Below are positions 1 to 7,655 of a stretch of DNA of 11,719 nt, one piece after another (position 1 is the stretch's first letter; every line of letters begins with the position of its first letter). The position numbers and the translations under genes were made by a program. The notes under the pieces are model-generated. The model saw nothing but the letters and a program-made list of their open reading frames with translations. It searched no databases and was not told the DNA's origin. The DNA is from Armatimonadota bacterium (GTDB lineage: Bacteria; Armatimonadota; Armatimonadia; Armatimonadales; Armatimonadaceae): NCBI GenBank assembly GCA_043754515.1, contig JAYUUO010000151.1, positions 1-11,719 on the forward strand, read 5' to 3'.

Positions 1-606
1 TGCGAAGCGCAACGTCGGTTGGAACTCGCCGCGTGGGCCGAGAACCCGAAGCGCGATGTTTTAGAAGTCTCATCGGCGTATCCGCCCGTTACGGGTGAGT
101 TCATTCTGGAGGACATGCGACGCCTACAAGACGCCCAAGACGAGCAAGGCGACGAGGAATCGCTCGAGATGCTCAAGCCCTTCGGCTCCGTCTGTCGGGC
201 GATCCGGGAGGTGATCACGACTCTGCACGCCACCGGCGAGGTGCTTTTCGCGTTGCTCGATTCGGTGCGCCCTCCGTCCCTCGTGGGGGAGAGCCATCTC
301 GTACCGGAATGGCTCCAAGACGGGAAGACGGCGCGGGAGACGCAACGCGTCCCCTTGGCGGAGATGATACCGGGGTGGCTTGCCAACAGCCGCGACCCGA
401 TAGGCTTCCTTGTGGTGAACACGGACAGGCTGATCATGGAACTCCGGGTCGGCGACAAGAAGCTAGTCAGGTGCATCGAGTGCGGTAACATTTTCGCGAT
501 CAAGCCCGACGAGGAATGCGTCTGCTCCGACCGGTGCCGCGAGAGGATCAACTATTTCCGCGGCCTGGAAACCCGAACGGCCAGTGATCCGCCGGGAACC
601 CCGTAA
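1..606 (+). CDS. Hypothetical protein with C-terminal CGNR-like zinc finger, probably 5'-truncated by the window edge
   Basis: Frame is open from position 1 to TAA at 604-606. C-terminal RCIECGNIF-x9-CSDRCRER-x4-R resembles the CGNR (ABATE-associated) treble-clef finger. Confidence 0.6.
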   Translation, partial: CEAQRRLELAAWAENPKRDVLEVSSAYPPVTGEFILEDMRRLQDAQDEQGDEESLEMLKPFGSVCRAIREVITTLHATGEVLFALLDSVRPPSLVGESHLVPEWLQDGKTARETQRVPLAEMIPGWLANSRDPIGFLVVNTDRLIMELRVGDKKLVRCIECGNIFAIKPDEECVCSDRCRERINYFRGLETRTASDPPGTP

Positions 607-764
607 GCACAGCGTAAGTGCCTTCGGCGAGCCGGCACCGTCGCCACGGCTGGTAGTGGGACCACGGCAAACGGACTCCTCACACCCATGGTCTGCCAAC
701 TGGTACCATCAGAAACGCTCGCCCTGTTTTGCTGACATCGCCGTTGATCAAGAGAGTCACTTTT

Positions 765-2093
765 TCAGGACGCCTTGAAAGAGGCGATCGCCGCGACGAA
801 ATCCACTTCTTTGAGGGAGTTCACATTGGCTAGGCGATCTCGTAGCCATTGTTGCGCTTCCGCGAGCGGCATACCGGTTATCGCAGCAGTGTTGCTTGCC
901 ACGTGATCAATACTCAAAGCGCCTTGCTCCCGGCTCTGGATGTATAAAAGACGCATCAATGTTTCCAGATTATGCTCGCTGTTGGTGCGTTGATCTATCA
1001 GATGATTCAGCAGGAGTGCGACCAATCGTCCGCCATCATAGACGAGAACCGCGTGCTTCGACTTGTCCCCGCTAGCGGCGCGTAATGAGAGAGGCAGGGC
1101 ATAAGTGCTGTACTGTTTCCACGACCATTCGCAGTTTTGAATGTACTTCTCCGGGGTGATCCAACCCTGGCGCAGGGCGATGACATCCTGATAATAAACG
1201 GTAAACCCTTCGATGAACCAGTACTCCGGTACACCATCGGTTATCATCGAGATCGCGCTGTTACCATTCCACAGGTGGAATAATTCGTGGGCAACAAAGC
1301 TACCCCAGAAGGGTAAAAGTGCTTCCGTCTCCTCCCCGAGGAATGGCATACAAGCACTCACACAGCATCCGATAACACCACCGCGCAGAACATCCTCGGT
1401 GACCGTCTCGACGGACACCATCACCCTCCGCATCGGGACATCGCCAAATATGCCACACATAGAAGTAAACACAGAAGTGATCGCGTTCCGTAGCATCTCG
1501 ATATGAGCACGCCACTCGCCCTGTACAGTCAGCTTCAGTAAGCAGCCTTCCTCCACCCAATTGCTGACCGCGTGATCACCAAAAATCAGGAACGCTTGAA
1601 CCAACTGGTCTGTGTCGGTGACGAAGTAGCGACGCGCCACCGCCTGATCTTCTTGCCACACTGTGGTTACAGTCTCATCGCTATCCACATCTACGACGAA
1701 CGGGAAATCACCGTCGGGCAAAATGAACACCGCCCAGCCTGTCCAAAACGAGTAATCGCCTGTCCTATGCGGTGTTTCATCGCGCATGGAAGGCGGCAGG
1801 AGTGTTTCATGCGTCAGGACGATGCTGTATCCCCACTTCCACGGGGTGGGGGCGTGTAAATCAGTGACCTTCCAACCATTCTTTCCGCCGCCTACAAGCA
1901 CAATGTCATTGTTGATTGCATCTCGAAGAGTTAAATTGCGTACGAACGTCGCGTGCCCATCGGGCAAGTTTTCGGCGAAACTATGATCCATATAAAGCTG
2001 CTTCACGGGTGATGTAGTTTCGCCTGTTACATGAAGCATCAATACGTCACCTTCCTCACTTATATTCAGGTGGTAATGGACAAGGGGAGTCAT
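765..2093 (-). CDS. Zinc metallopeptidase, gluzincin / M61 glycyl-aminopeptidase-like
   Basis: 442-aa ORF with HELFHLWN (HExxH) followed by YWFIEGFTVYY (third Zn ligand Glu) and a later VYDGG, a pattern typical of M61/M1-like peptidases. Confidence 0.8.
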   Translation of the reverse strand: MTPLVHYHLNISEEGDVLMLHVTGETTSPVKQLYMDHSFAENLPDGHATFVRNLTLRDAINNDIVLVGGGKNGWKVTDLHAPTPWKWGYSIVLTHETLLPPSMRDETPHRTGDYSFWTGWAVFILPDGDFPFVVDVDSDETVTTVWQEDQAVARRYFVTDTDQLVQAFLIFGDHAVSNWVEEGCLLKLTVQGEWRAHIEMLRNAITSVFTSMCGIFGDVPMRRVMVSVETVTEDVLRGGVIGCCVSACMPFLGEETEALLPFWGSFVAHELFHLWNGNSAISMITDGVPEYWFIEGFTVYYQDVIALRQGWITPEKYIQNCEWSWKQYSTYALPLSLRAASGDKSKHAVLVYDGGRLVALLLNHLIDQRTNSEHNLETLMRLLYIQSREQGALSIDHVASNTAAITGMPLAEAQQWLRDRLANVNSLKEVDFVAAIASFKAS

Positions 2094-2223
2094 GGTCTAG
2101 TATCGGCCTGATTGAGTGATTGCGCGAAAATTTAGTTGCAGACCCGCGCGGCTACGGAGATCCTCGAAAACACCGTTTCTGATAATGTGTTTGGTGACGC
2201 TATCCACCCCCAGAACCAGAGCG

Positions 2224-2874
2224 TCATGCGGTAGCGGGGTCGTCTCCGGCGAACGCACGCCGGTAGATCTTCGCGAGCGGAACCGTGACCACCGTGTCGT
2301 CGAGCAGTAGTGTCAGAGAATCGGTGAGAGCGATCGAGAGGGCAACTATCGCCCATAGGTTGTCCGCGATCTTTTCGTAGTGCGTCACGGAGACGCGGTC
2401 CTGCTCAATCAGGATGTAGTACTGGAGCGATTCGATCCTCTGAAAGTCCTCGAACTTCTCGCCCCGGTCGTATGCCGCCGTGGACGGGCTGAGCAATTTC
2501 ACTATCGCGACGGGGTTGCGCAGGGATTTGTCGTTGTCCACCCGCGGTTCCCCACAAACGAGGCAGGCGTCGGGGTAGTAGTACTGCCCCGTCGCCGGGA
2601 CGTAAACCCGCATGTCGCTGTCCAGGACGTCACAGGCACTTCCCTCCAACAGGTTCCCGAGGGCGCGGCGCGTGTCCGTCGCTATCGCCGAGTGTTCGTA
2701 AGAGGCCCCCGACATACTCCATGCCTTTCCGCCGTGGTACTCGTGCTTATCGCTGGCGGCCCGCTCCCAGCGCAAATACGCATCACGACTCATGGATTCA
2801 CCGGTTCGCGGTGTCATGCGCTCAACCAGGGCTGAGGGCTGGGGTTGCAGTGGTCGGATAGCGGTTAAAGACAC
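2224..2874 (-). CDS. Uma2 (DUF820) family putative endonuclease
   Basis: Motifs YLRWER..KHEYHGG..MSGAS..H, YYYPD, NP..IVxLLSPST..YDRGEKF and YYILIEQD. GTG start has an AGGA SD and a promoter upstream. Confidence 0.9.
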   Translation of the reverse strand: MSLTAIRPLQPQPSALVERMTPRTGESMSRDAYLRWERAASDKHEYHGGKAWSMSGASYEHSAIATDTRRALGNLLEGSACDVLDSDMRVYVPATGQYYYPDACLVCGEPRVDNDKSLRNPVAIVKLLSPSTAAYDRGEKFEDFQRIESLQYYILIEQDRVSVTHYEKIADNLWAIVALSIALTDSLTLLLDDTVVTVPLAKIYRRAFAGDDPATA

Positions 2875-2894
2875 GGCGTTGCGTTTCCTACTCT

Positions 2895-2903
2895 ATTGTA
2901 GCA
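2895..2903 (-). promoter_or_regulatory. Extended -10 promoter (TGcTACAAT) for the Uma2 gene
   Basis: Minus strand reads TGC-TACAAT-agagtAGGAaacgcaacgcc-GTG. Confidence 0.55.
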
Positions 2904-2924
2904 TGGCAGCACACGATCGCGATT

Positions 2925-3936
2925 CTACCGGTTGGCGAACAGTTGGCGGATCACCTCGTCGGCTTTGATCTCGTCAATCGTGATGTCGGAGACCGGAAGG
3001 TGCGCGAGCATTTCGCCGGCCCGCTTCGCGCTGTCGGCGCGCGGCACCCGCATCACGGCGTGGAGCGGGTCGGGCACTTCGGCGACCCGCCCGAACGCTT
3101 CTAGTTGAGCGGGATCTATCGCCCGCTCGAAGGTGAGGCGTATCTGTTTCTCGTCCGAATAGCGCGACACCAGGTCGGCGAACGGGCCGTCGAACATCTT
3201 CGCGCCCCCGTCAATGATGATCACCCGCGCGCACAACTCTTTGACGTCCTGCATGTAGTGGGACGTGAGCAGGATCGTGGAGTTGTGCCGGATTTGGTAC
3301 ATCCGCAAAAACTCGCGGATGCGCACCTGCGACACGACGTCCAGCCCGATGGTCGGCTCGTCGAGGAACACGACGCGCGGCGCGTGCAGGAGCGCGGCGA
3401 CCAGTTCGCACTTCATCCGCTCGCCGAGGGATAGTTTGCGCACCTGCGTGTCGAGAATCGCCCCGATGTCGAGCAGTTCGCTCATTTCGTCGAGGCGTGT
3501 CTTGTAGTCAGCGTCGGAAACGTCGTAGATTTCCTTCAGGAGCAGGAGCGATTCGCGGGCGGGCAGATCCCACCAGAGTTGCTGTTTCTGCCCCATGACC
3601 AGCGCGATCTGCCGCAGGAACTCGGGTTTGCGCTGGAACGGCGTGTAGCCGAGTACCTTCGCGTCGCCCGACGTCGGACTAAAGGATCCCGGACAGCATC
3701 TTCAGCGTCGTGGTCTTCCCCGCGCCGTTGGGTCCGAGGAAGCCGACCATCTCGCCCGCGCCAACGCTGATCTCCACGCCCCGGACGGCCTCTTTGACCA
3801 CCTGTTTACGCGACCACAGCCCGCGAATACCGCCCCAGAGTCCCGGCTCTTTTTGTACGGAGATGAATGACTTGCGCAGATCGTGAGTGACAATCACCGG
3901 GTCGGAGGGGGGCGCGTCGCCCGTGGGGGAATTCAC
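2925..3936 (-). pseudogene. ABC transporter ATP-binding protein (COG4586-like) split by a +1 frameshift at about 3679-3683; real pseudogene, sequencing error or programmed frameshift
   Basis: N-terminal ORF has Walker [10 protein letters not shown] and ends SGIL*. The +1 frame continues PTSGDAKVLGYTPFQRKPEFLRQIALVMGQKQQLWWDLP, then signature LSLGERMK, Walker B VVFLDEPT and H-loop TSH. Start taken as GTG 3936 (7 nt after TATGAT); ATG 3948 is the alternative. Confidence 0.85.
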
Positions 3937-3943
3937 GAACGGT

Positions 3944-4003
3944 ATCATACCGCATCCGCCCCGGCGGTCGGCAGTGGCTCGCCCCCGTTTCGCGGGTTAT
4001 ACT
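3944..4003. promoter_or_regulatory. Divergent -10 boxes: TATGAT (minus, 3944-3949) and TATACT (plus, 3998-4003)
   Basis: Two 5/6 matches to TATAAT in a short GC-rich spacer between divergent genes, each just upstream of a GTG start with no SD. Confidence 0.5.
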
Positions 4004-4007
4004 AACG

Positions 4008-4985
4008 GTGCTTCCCGTGACTATCTTCTGGCATACCCTCAAAACCCTGCCATACCTGGCCTATTTGCGGGCGGGTGTAGACATTCTGGTCGTCGCCTAC
4101 CTCCTCTATCGTCTGATCCTGCTCGCGAAGGGGCGGCGTGCCTGGCAGATCATCATCGGGATCGGCGTGTTCTTTGCCTTTCTGATCGCCTCGGAGAAGT
4201 TGGGGCTGCTGACACTGAACTGGGTACTGCGGCAGGTGACCCCGCTCGGGCCGGTCGCGGTGGTGATCCTGCTTTACCCCGAGCTACGTGACATTCTGGA
4301 GCGGCTGGGGCGTCTCGACTTCTGGGGCGCGCCGATCCATGTCACCCCGCGCGAGGACGTTTCGATGACCATAGAGAAGGTCATCCGAACCGCCGTGGTG
4401 CTGTCCGGCTTGAAAACCGGGGCACTAATCGTGCTGGAGCGGGAGACAGGCCTCGACGACATCCTGACCACGGGAACCACCATGGATTGCGAGGTATCCC
4501 AGGAACTGCTCGGCACGATCTTTTACGATGGCACGCCGCTTCATGACGGCGCGGTGATCATACGCGGCAACCGCATCGCGGCGGCGGGTTGCCGTTTGCC
4601 CTCGTCGGAGTCTATCAATGTCCATTCCAACGTCCACATGCGCCACCGCGCCGCGATCGGAATGAGCGAGAACAGCGACGCGTTCACGGTGGTCGTTTCC
4701 GAGGAGAGTGGGACGATCTCTGTCGCGGCGAACGGTAAACTAGCGCGCGGCCTGAACGAGGCGAAGTTGCGCCAGCGGCTGCACGAAGGGTTCGGCATCT
4801 CCGCGCCGAAGAAGAACGCCTTCACCGTCGCGCTTCACCTGCCGGATAACATGACGTTCGGCAGGCGCAAAGCCGCTCGGGTGCCCGAAGCCGCCGCGGC
4901 ACAGGCGAATCCCGCCCCGCACGCCGAAAATGAGATGTTACCGCAGGTGCCGCGCGTGATTGAGGAAGGGACACCCGTGCCATGA
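4008..4985 (+). CDS. cdaA: Membrane-bound diadenylate cyclase CdaA/DacA
   Basis: Three N-terminal hydrophobic segments, PELR, GALIV, PLHDGA, RHRAA and VSEESG motifs of the DAC (DisA_N) domain. Followed by a YbbR gene. Start could be GTG 4008 or 4017. Confidence 0.95.
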   Translation: MLPVTIFWHTLKTLPYLAYLRAGVDILVVAYLLYRLILLAKGRRAWQIIIGIGVFFAFLIASEKLGLLTLNWVLRQVTPLGPVAVVILLYPELRDILERLGRLDFWGAPIHVTPREDVSMTIEKVIRTAVVLSGLKTGALIVLERETGLDDILTTGTTMDCEVSQELLGTIFYDGTPLHDGAVIIRGNRIAAAGCRLPSSESINVHSNVHMRHRAAIGMSENSDAFTVVVSEESGTISVAANGKLARGLNEAKLRQRLHEGFGISAPKKNAFTVALHLPDNMTFGRRKAARVPEAAAAQANPAPHAENEMLPQVPRVIEEGTPVP

Positions 4986-5989
4986 GGTTCGCCGCGCTCC
5001 GCTCCAATGTGGGTTATAAACTGTTCTCGCTCGTGCTGTCGGTGATGCTCTACTACATCGCCAGTGCCCAGCAGAACCCGCGCGGCACCCGCGACCAGTA
5101 TGTGCAACCCGAGATCGTGAAGTTGCCCAATACACTGGTGATGAAGGACCCGCCCGCGCTGATGACGCTCAACATTTCCGGCACCGAGGCCGAGCTATCC
5201 CAGTTAGATAAGCAGCCGCTCAAAGCCGTGATTGATGGGTCGCTGGTGAAACCGGGGTTGAACCGCCTCCGGGTCATGATAACGGTTCCGAAGGGGGTGT
5301 CGTTGAATAACACGCCGCCCTTGTCCCAGTTCTCCGTGGAGCGCAAGGAAAGCCGCGACTACGCGGTGGACGTCAACTTCAGCGGGACGCCGCCCGCCGG
5401 TCAGGTGTACGCCGACCCGATCCCGACGCCCGGAACGGTCACGGTTCAGGGTCTCGCCGAGGACTTGAAACGCGTCGGGCGCGTGGCCGCGAGCGTCGAG
5501 CGCGAACGCGACGAACTGGCCGTGGAGCGCAATGTGGATCTGTATGCCGAGGACGATCAGCATCGGCGCGTGGATGGGATCGAGATCACGCCCGCGCGGG
5601 TCAGGGTGCGCGTCAACCTGCGCCCGGTACCCACCACGAAGACCATGCTCCTATCGGCGGAACTGGTCGGCAAGCCCGCGCCCGGCTATCGGATAGCGAC
5701 CTACGACGTGTCGCCCGCCCAGATCGTGGTGCGCGGCGCGGTGGAGGCACTTTCGGCGCAGTCCTCGATCCCGGTCACGGTGGACGTGTCGGGAATCAAA
5801 GCCTCGCAGACCAAAGCGGTCACGCTCGCCCTGCCCCCCGGCATGTCCCCCCAGAAGACGTTGCCCGTATTCCAGGTCCGGCTGATCGTGGAGCCGATAC
5901 CGGCGGTGGAGGGGACTAAGCCAGTCGCGGCGTCTCCCTCGCCTCCATCTTCCTCGGCCCCGTCGCCCGCCGCGAGCGCGTCACCTTAG
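4982..5989 (+). CDS. cdaR: CdaR / YbbR-domain regulator of CdaA
   Basis: ATGA overlap with cdaA; N-terminal anchor KLFSLVLSVMLYY; repeated P-x-x-V-x-V-x-G YbbR-type beta units; Ser/Pro/Ala-rich tail. Confidence 0.9.
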   Translation: MRFAALRSNVGYKLFSLVLSVMLYYIASAQQNPRGTRDQYVQPEIVKLPNTLVMKDPPALMTLNISGTEAELSQLDKQPLKAVIDGSLVKPGLNRLRVMITVPKGVSLNNTPPLSQFSVERKESRDYAVDVNFSGTPPAGQVYADPIPTPGTVTVQGLAEDLKRVGRVAASVERERDELAVERNVDLYAEDDQHRRVDGIEITPARVRVRVNLRPVPTTKTMLLSAELVGKPAPGYRIATYDVSPAQIVVRGAVEALSAQSSIPVTVDVSGIKASQTKAVTLALPPGMSPQKTLPVFQVRLIVEPIPAVEGTKPVAASPSPPSSSAPSPAASASP

Positions 5990-5997
5990 CTATCCCG

Positions 5998-6023
5998 GTA
6001 AACCTATCTGGCCGGGAGGCGTA
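5998..6023 (+). promoter_or_regulatory. Possible ECF-sigma promoter (GTAAAC-N16-CGTA) upstream of the rhomboid gene
   Basis: Resembles the B. subtilis SigW-type consensus TGAAAC-N16-CGTA with exact spacing. The motif is short and could be chance. Confidence 0.3.
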
Positions 6024-6098
6024 GAAAGCATCGGATTACGGGTACATGAGCCGAAAAGCGCGGTGCCCGTTTTGGCCGCGCCCGAAGGAGACTCCCGA

Positions 6099-6866
6099 AT
6101 GATCCCGCTCCGTGACGAGAACCCGATCCGTATCACGCCCTGGCTGACCTATCTACTAATAGCCCTGAACGTCGCCGTCTTCCTGGTAGAGTTTTTCGGC
6201 GGGATAGGTACCACGCGCAGTGGTCTCGCGGGGCCACTGGCGGGCTTCACGATGGTGCCCGCCGAGTTGACCCACGGCCTAGACCTGCCGACGAACGGCG
6301 TTACGATCCGCCCCTTCTGGCTGACTATCTTCACTTCGATGTTTATGCACGGTGGTTGGCTTCATCTGATCTTCAACATGCTGTACCTGTTCATCTTCGG
6401 CAACAACATTGAGGAGGCTCTCGGGCGGCGTCGGTTCTTGTTGTTTTACATACTGTGCGGGCTTGGGGCGGCGGCGGCGCAGATCGCAGTCGCGCCGGAC
6501 AGCACGGTGCCTAACCTCGGGGCGTCCGGCGCGATCGCCGGGGTGCTCGGTGCCTACCTCGTGCTGTATCCGAAGGCAGGCGTTGATTCGCTCCTTTTCC
6601 TCGGTATCTTCTTCACCAAAATCCGTCTCCCCGCCTGGGTCATGCTGGGCTTCTGGATCGTCTCGCAGTTCTTTTCGCAACTCCTCGGCTCGATGATGAC
6701 GCGCCCCGGTTCCACGGGCGGTGTCGCATACATGGCGCACATCGGCGGGTTCATTTGCGGCATGATCTTGATCAAGCTCATGGGGACTAGGGCGAGGAGC
6801 CGGGGCGAGTTCGGTGCCTACAACGCGGGCGGCGGTTACCAGACGGGCGCGAACTATCGGGAGTGA
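6099..6866 (+). CDS. Rhomboid family intramembrane serine protease
   Basis: MIPLRDENP start with AAGGAG SD at 6085-6090; motifs SMFMHGGWLHLIFNM, GASGA (catalytic Ser) and AHIGGF (catalytic His). Confidence 0.95.
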   Translation: MIPLRDENPIRITPWLTYLLIALNVAVFLVEFFGGIGTTRSGLAGPLAGFTMVPAELTHGLDLPTNGVTIRPFWLTIFTSMFMHGGWLHLIFNMLYLFIFGNNIEEALGRRRFLLFYILCGLGAAAAQIAVAPDSTVPNLGASGAIAGVLGAYLVLYPKAGVDSLLFLGIFFTKIRLPAWVMLGFWIVSQFFSQLLGSMMTRPGSTGGVAYMAHIGGFICGMILIKLMGTRARSRGEFGAYNAGGGYQTGANYRE

Positions 6867-6928
6867 GTGCAGGCTGTGAATCGCGACGGTGCGCTCGCGG
6901 TAGAGAGAGCGGGCGCAAACAGCCCCCA

Positions 6929-7591
6929 TCACTCACCCTCATCAAAGCCGGGCGGTGTTTGCTCCGCTTCCAGCGCAAGTTCTCCGTGCAGTTCGAGGAA
7001 CAGTGCGCGTACGCGCGGATCGAGGCGCGTCGCAAAGGCGGTAGTCAGGTTGAGGACGCGGATCAATTCCTGTACATCCGCTAAATCTTTGCGTCGCGCC
7101 GCGCCGGTCATCCCCGAAGCGAGTTTCAACTCGACCAGAGTTTCCAGAGCCACCGTCCGCACGCAGTCAATCAGAACGGAGCTGGCCTTCAGGCCTGGGA
7201 ACCGCACTGACTTCGGCTTCCCATCCCCCGGATACTCGCCGGTCAGAATGATTTCGATCAGGACATTCCCCGCCGTGGCGCGGTACTTCTTCCGCGCCCA
7301 CTCGAACGCTGGTCTGTATACCCGTCCCACCAGCAACTCCCGCCGGAACGTTGCCAGGCCGTCCTCGGTCATCAGTAGGTCAATACCGGTCGTGAAGCGC
7401 TAGTAGCCATGCTGGTTGAGCGCGACCGCGCCGATCACGTAGTAGTCTATCCCGCGTTGCTCCAGATCGTCGGCCAGTTGACGCAAAGTGTCGTTCATGA
7501 TCCCGTCCCCCCGGAAGAAGCGGATCCCCTCCGCGAACGTGAGGGTGGGTTGCGATAATACTTGCTGAAAATCAAGCGTGGGCGCGGGCAT
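6929..7591 (-). pseudogene. Nucleotidyltransferase-like protein (pol-beta fold, DUF2204/AbiEii-like) interrupted by an in-frame TAG at 7400-7402
   Basis: ORFs 7400-7591 and 6929-7372 are in the same frame and read through as YYVIGAVALNQHGY*RFTTGIDLL. C-terminal LVELKLASG..RRKDLADV is typical of the family. GAGGA SD precedes ATG 7591. Confidence 0.8.
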
Positions 7592-7655
7592 GGCGTTACT
7601 TCCTCTGTTTTTATAATCACTCGCCGCCCACTTATAACCGGGGCACCGCTACCCC

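Noticed and set aside
646..710. c-di-GMP-I riboswitch (GGCAAAC) in the spacer after the first gene
   Set aside because: No GNRA-capped stem or GACGCAAAGC segment follows, and it lies between convergent gene ends.
7400..7402. Amber recoding (pyrrolysine or TAG reassignment) explaining the internal TAG codons
   Set aside because: TAG is the normal stop of the ABC ATPase, cdaR, the TPR gene and dps in this window, and the ABC break needs a frame change rather than read-through.
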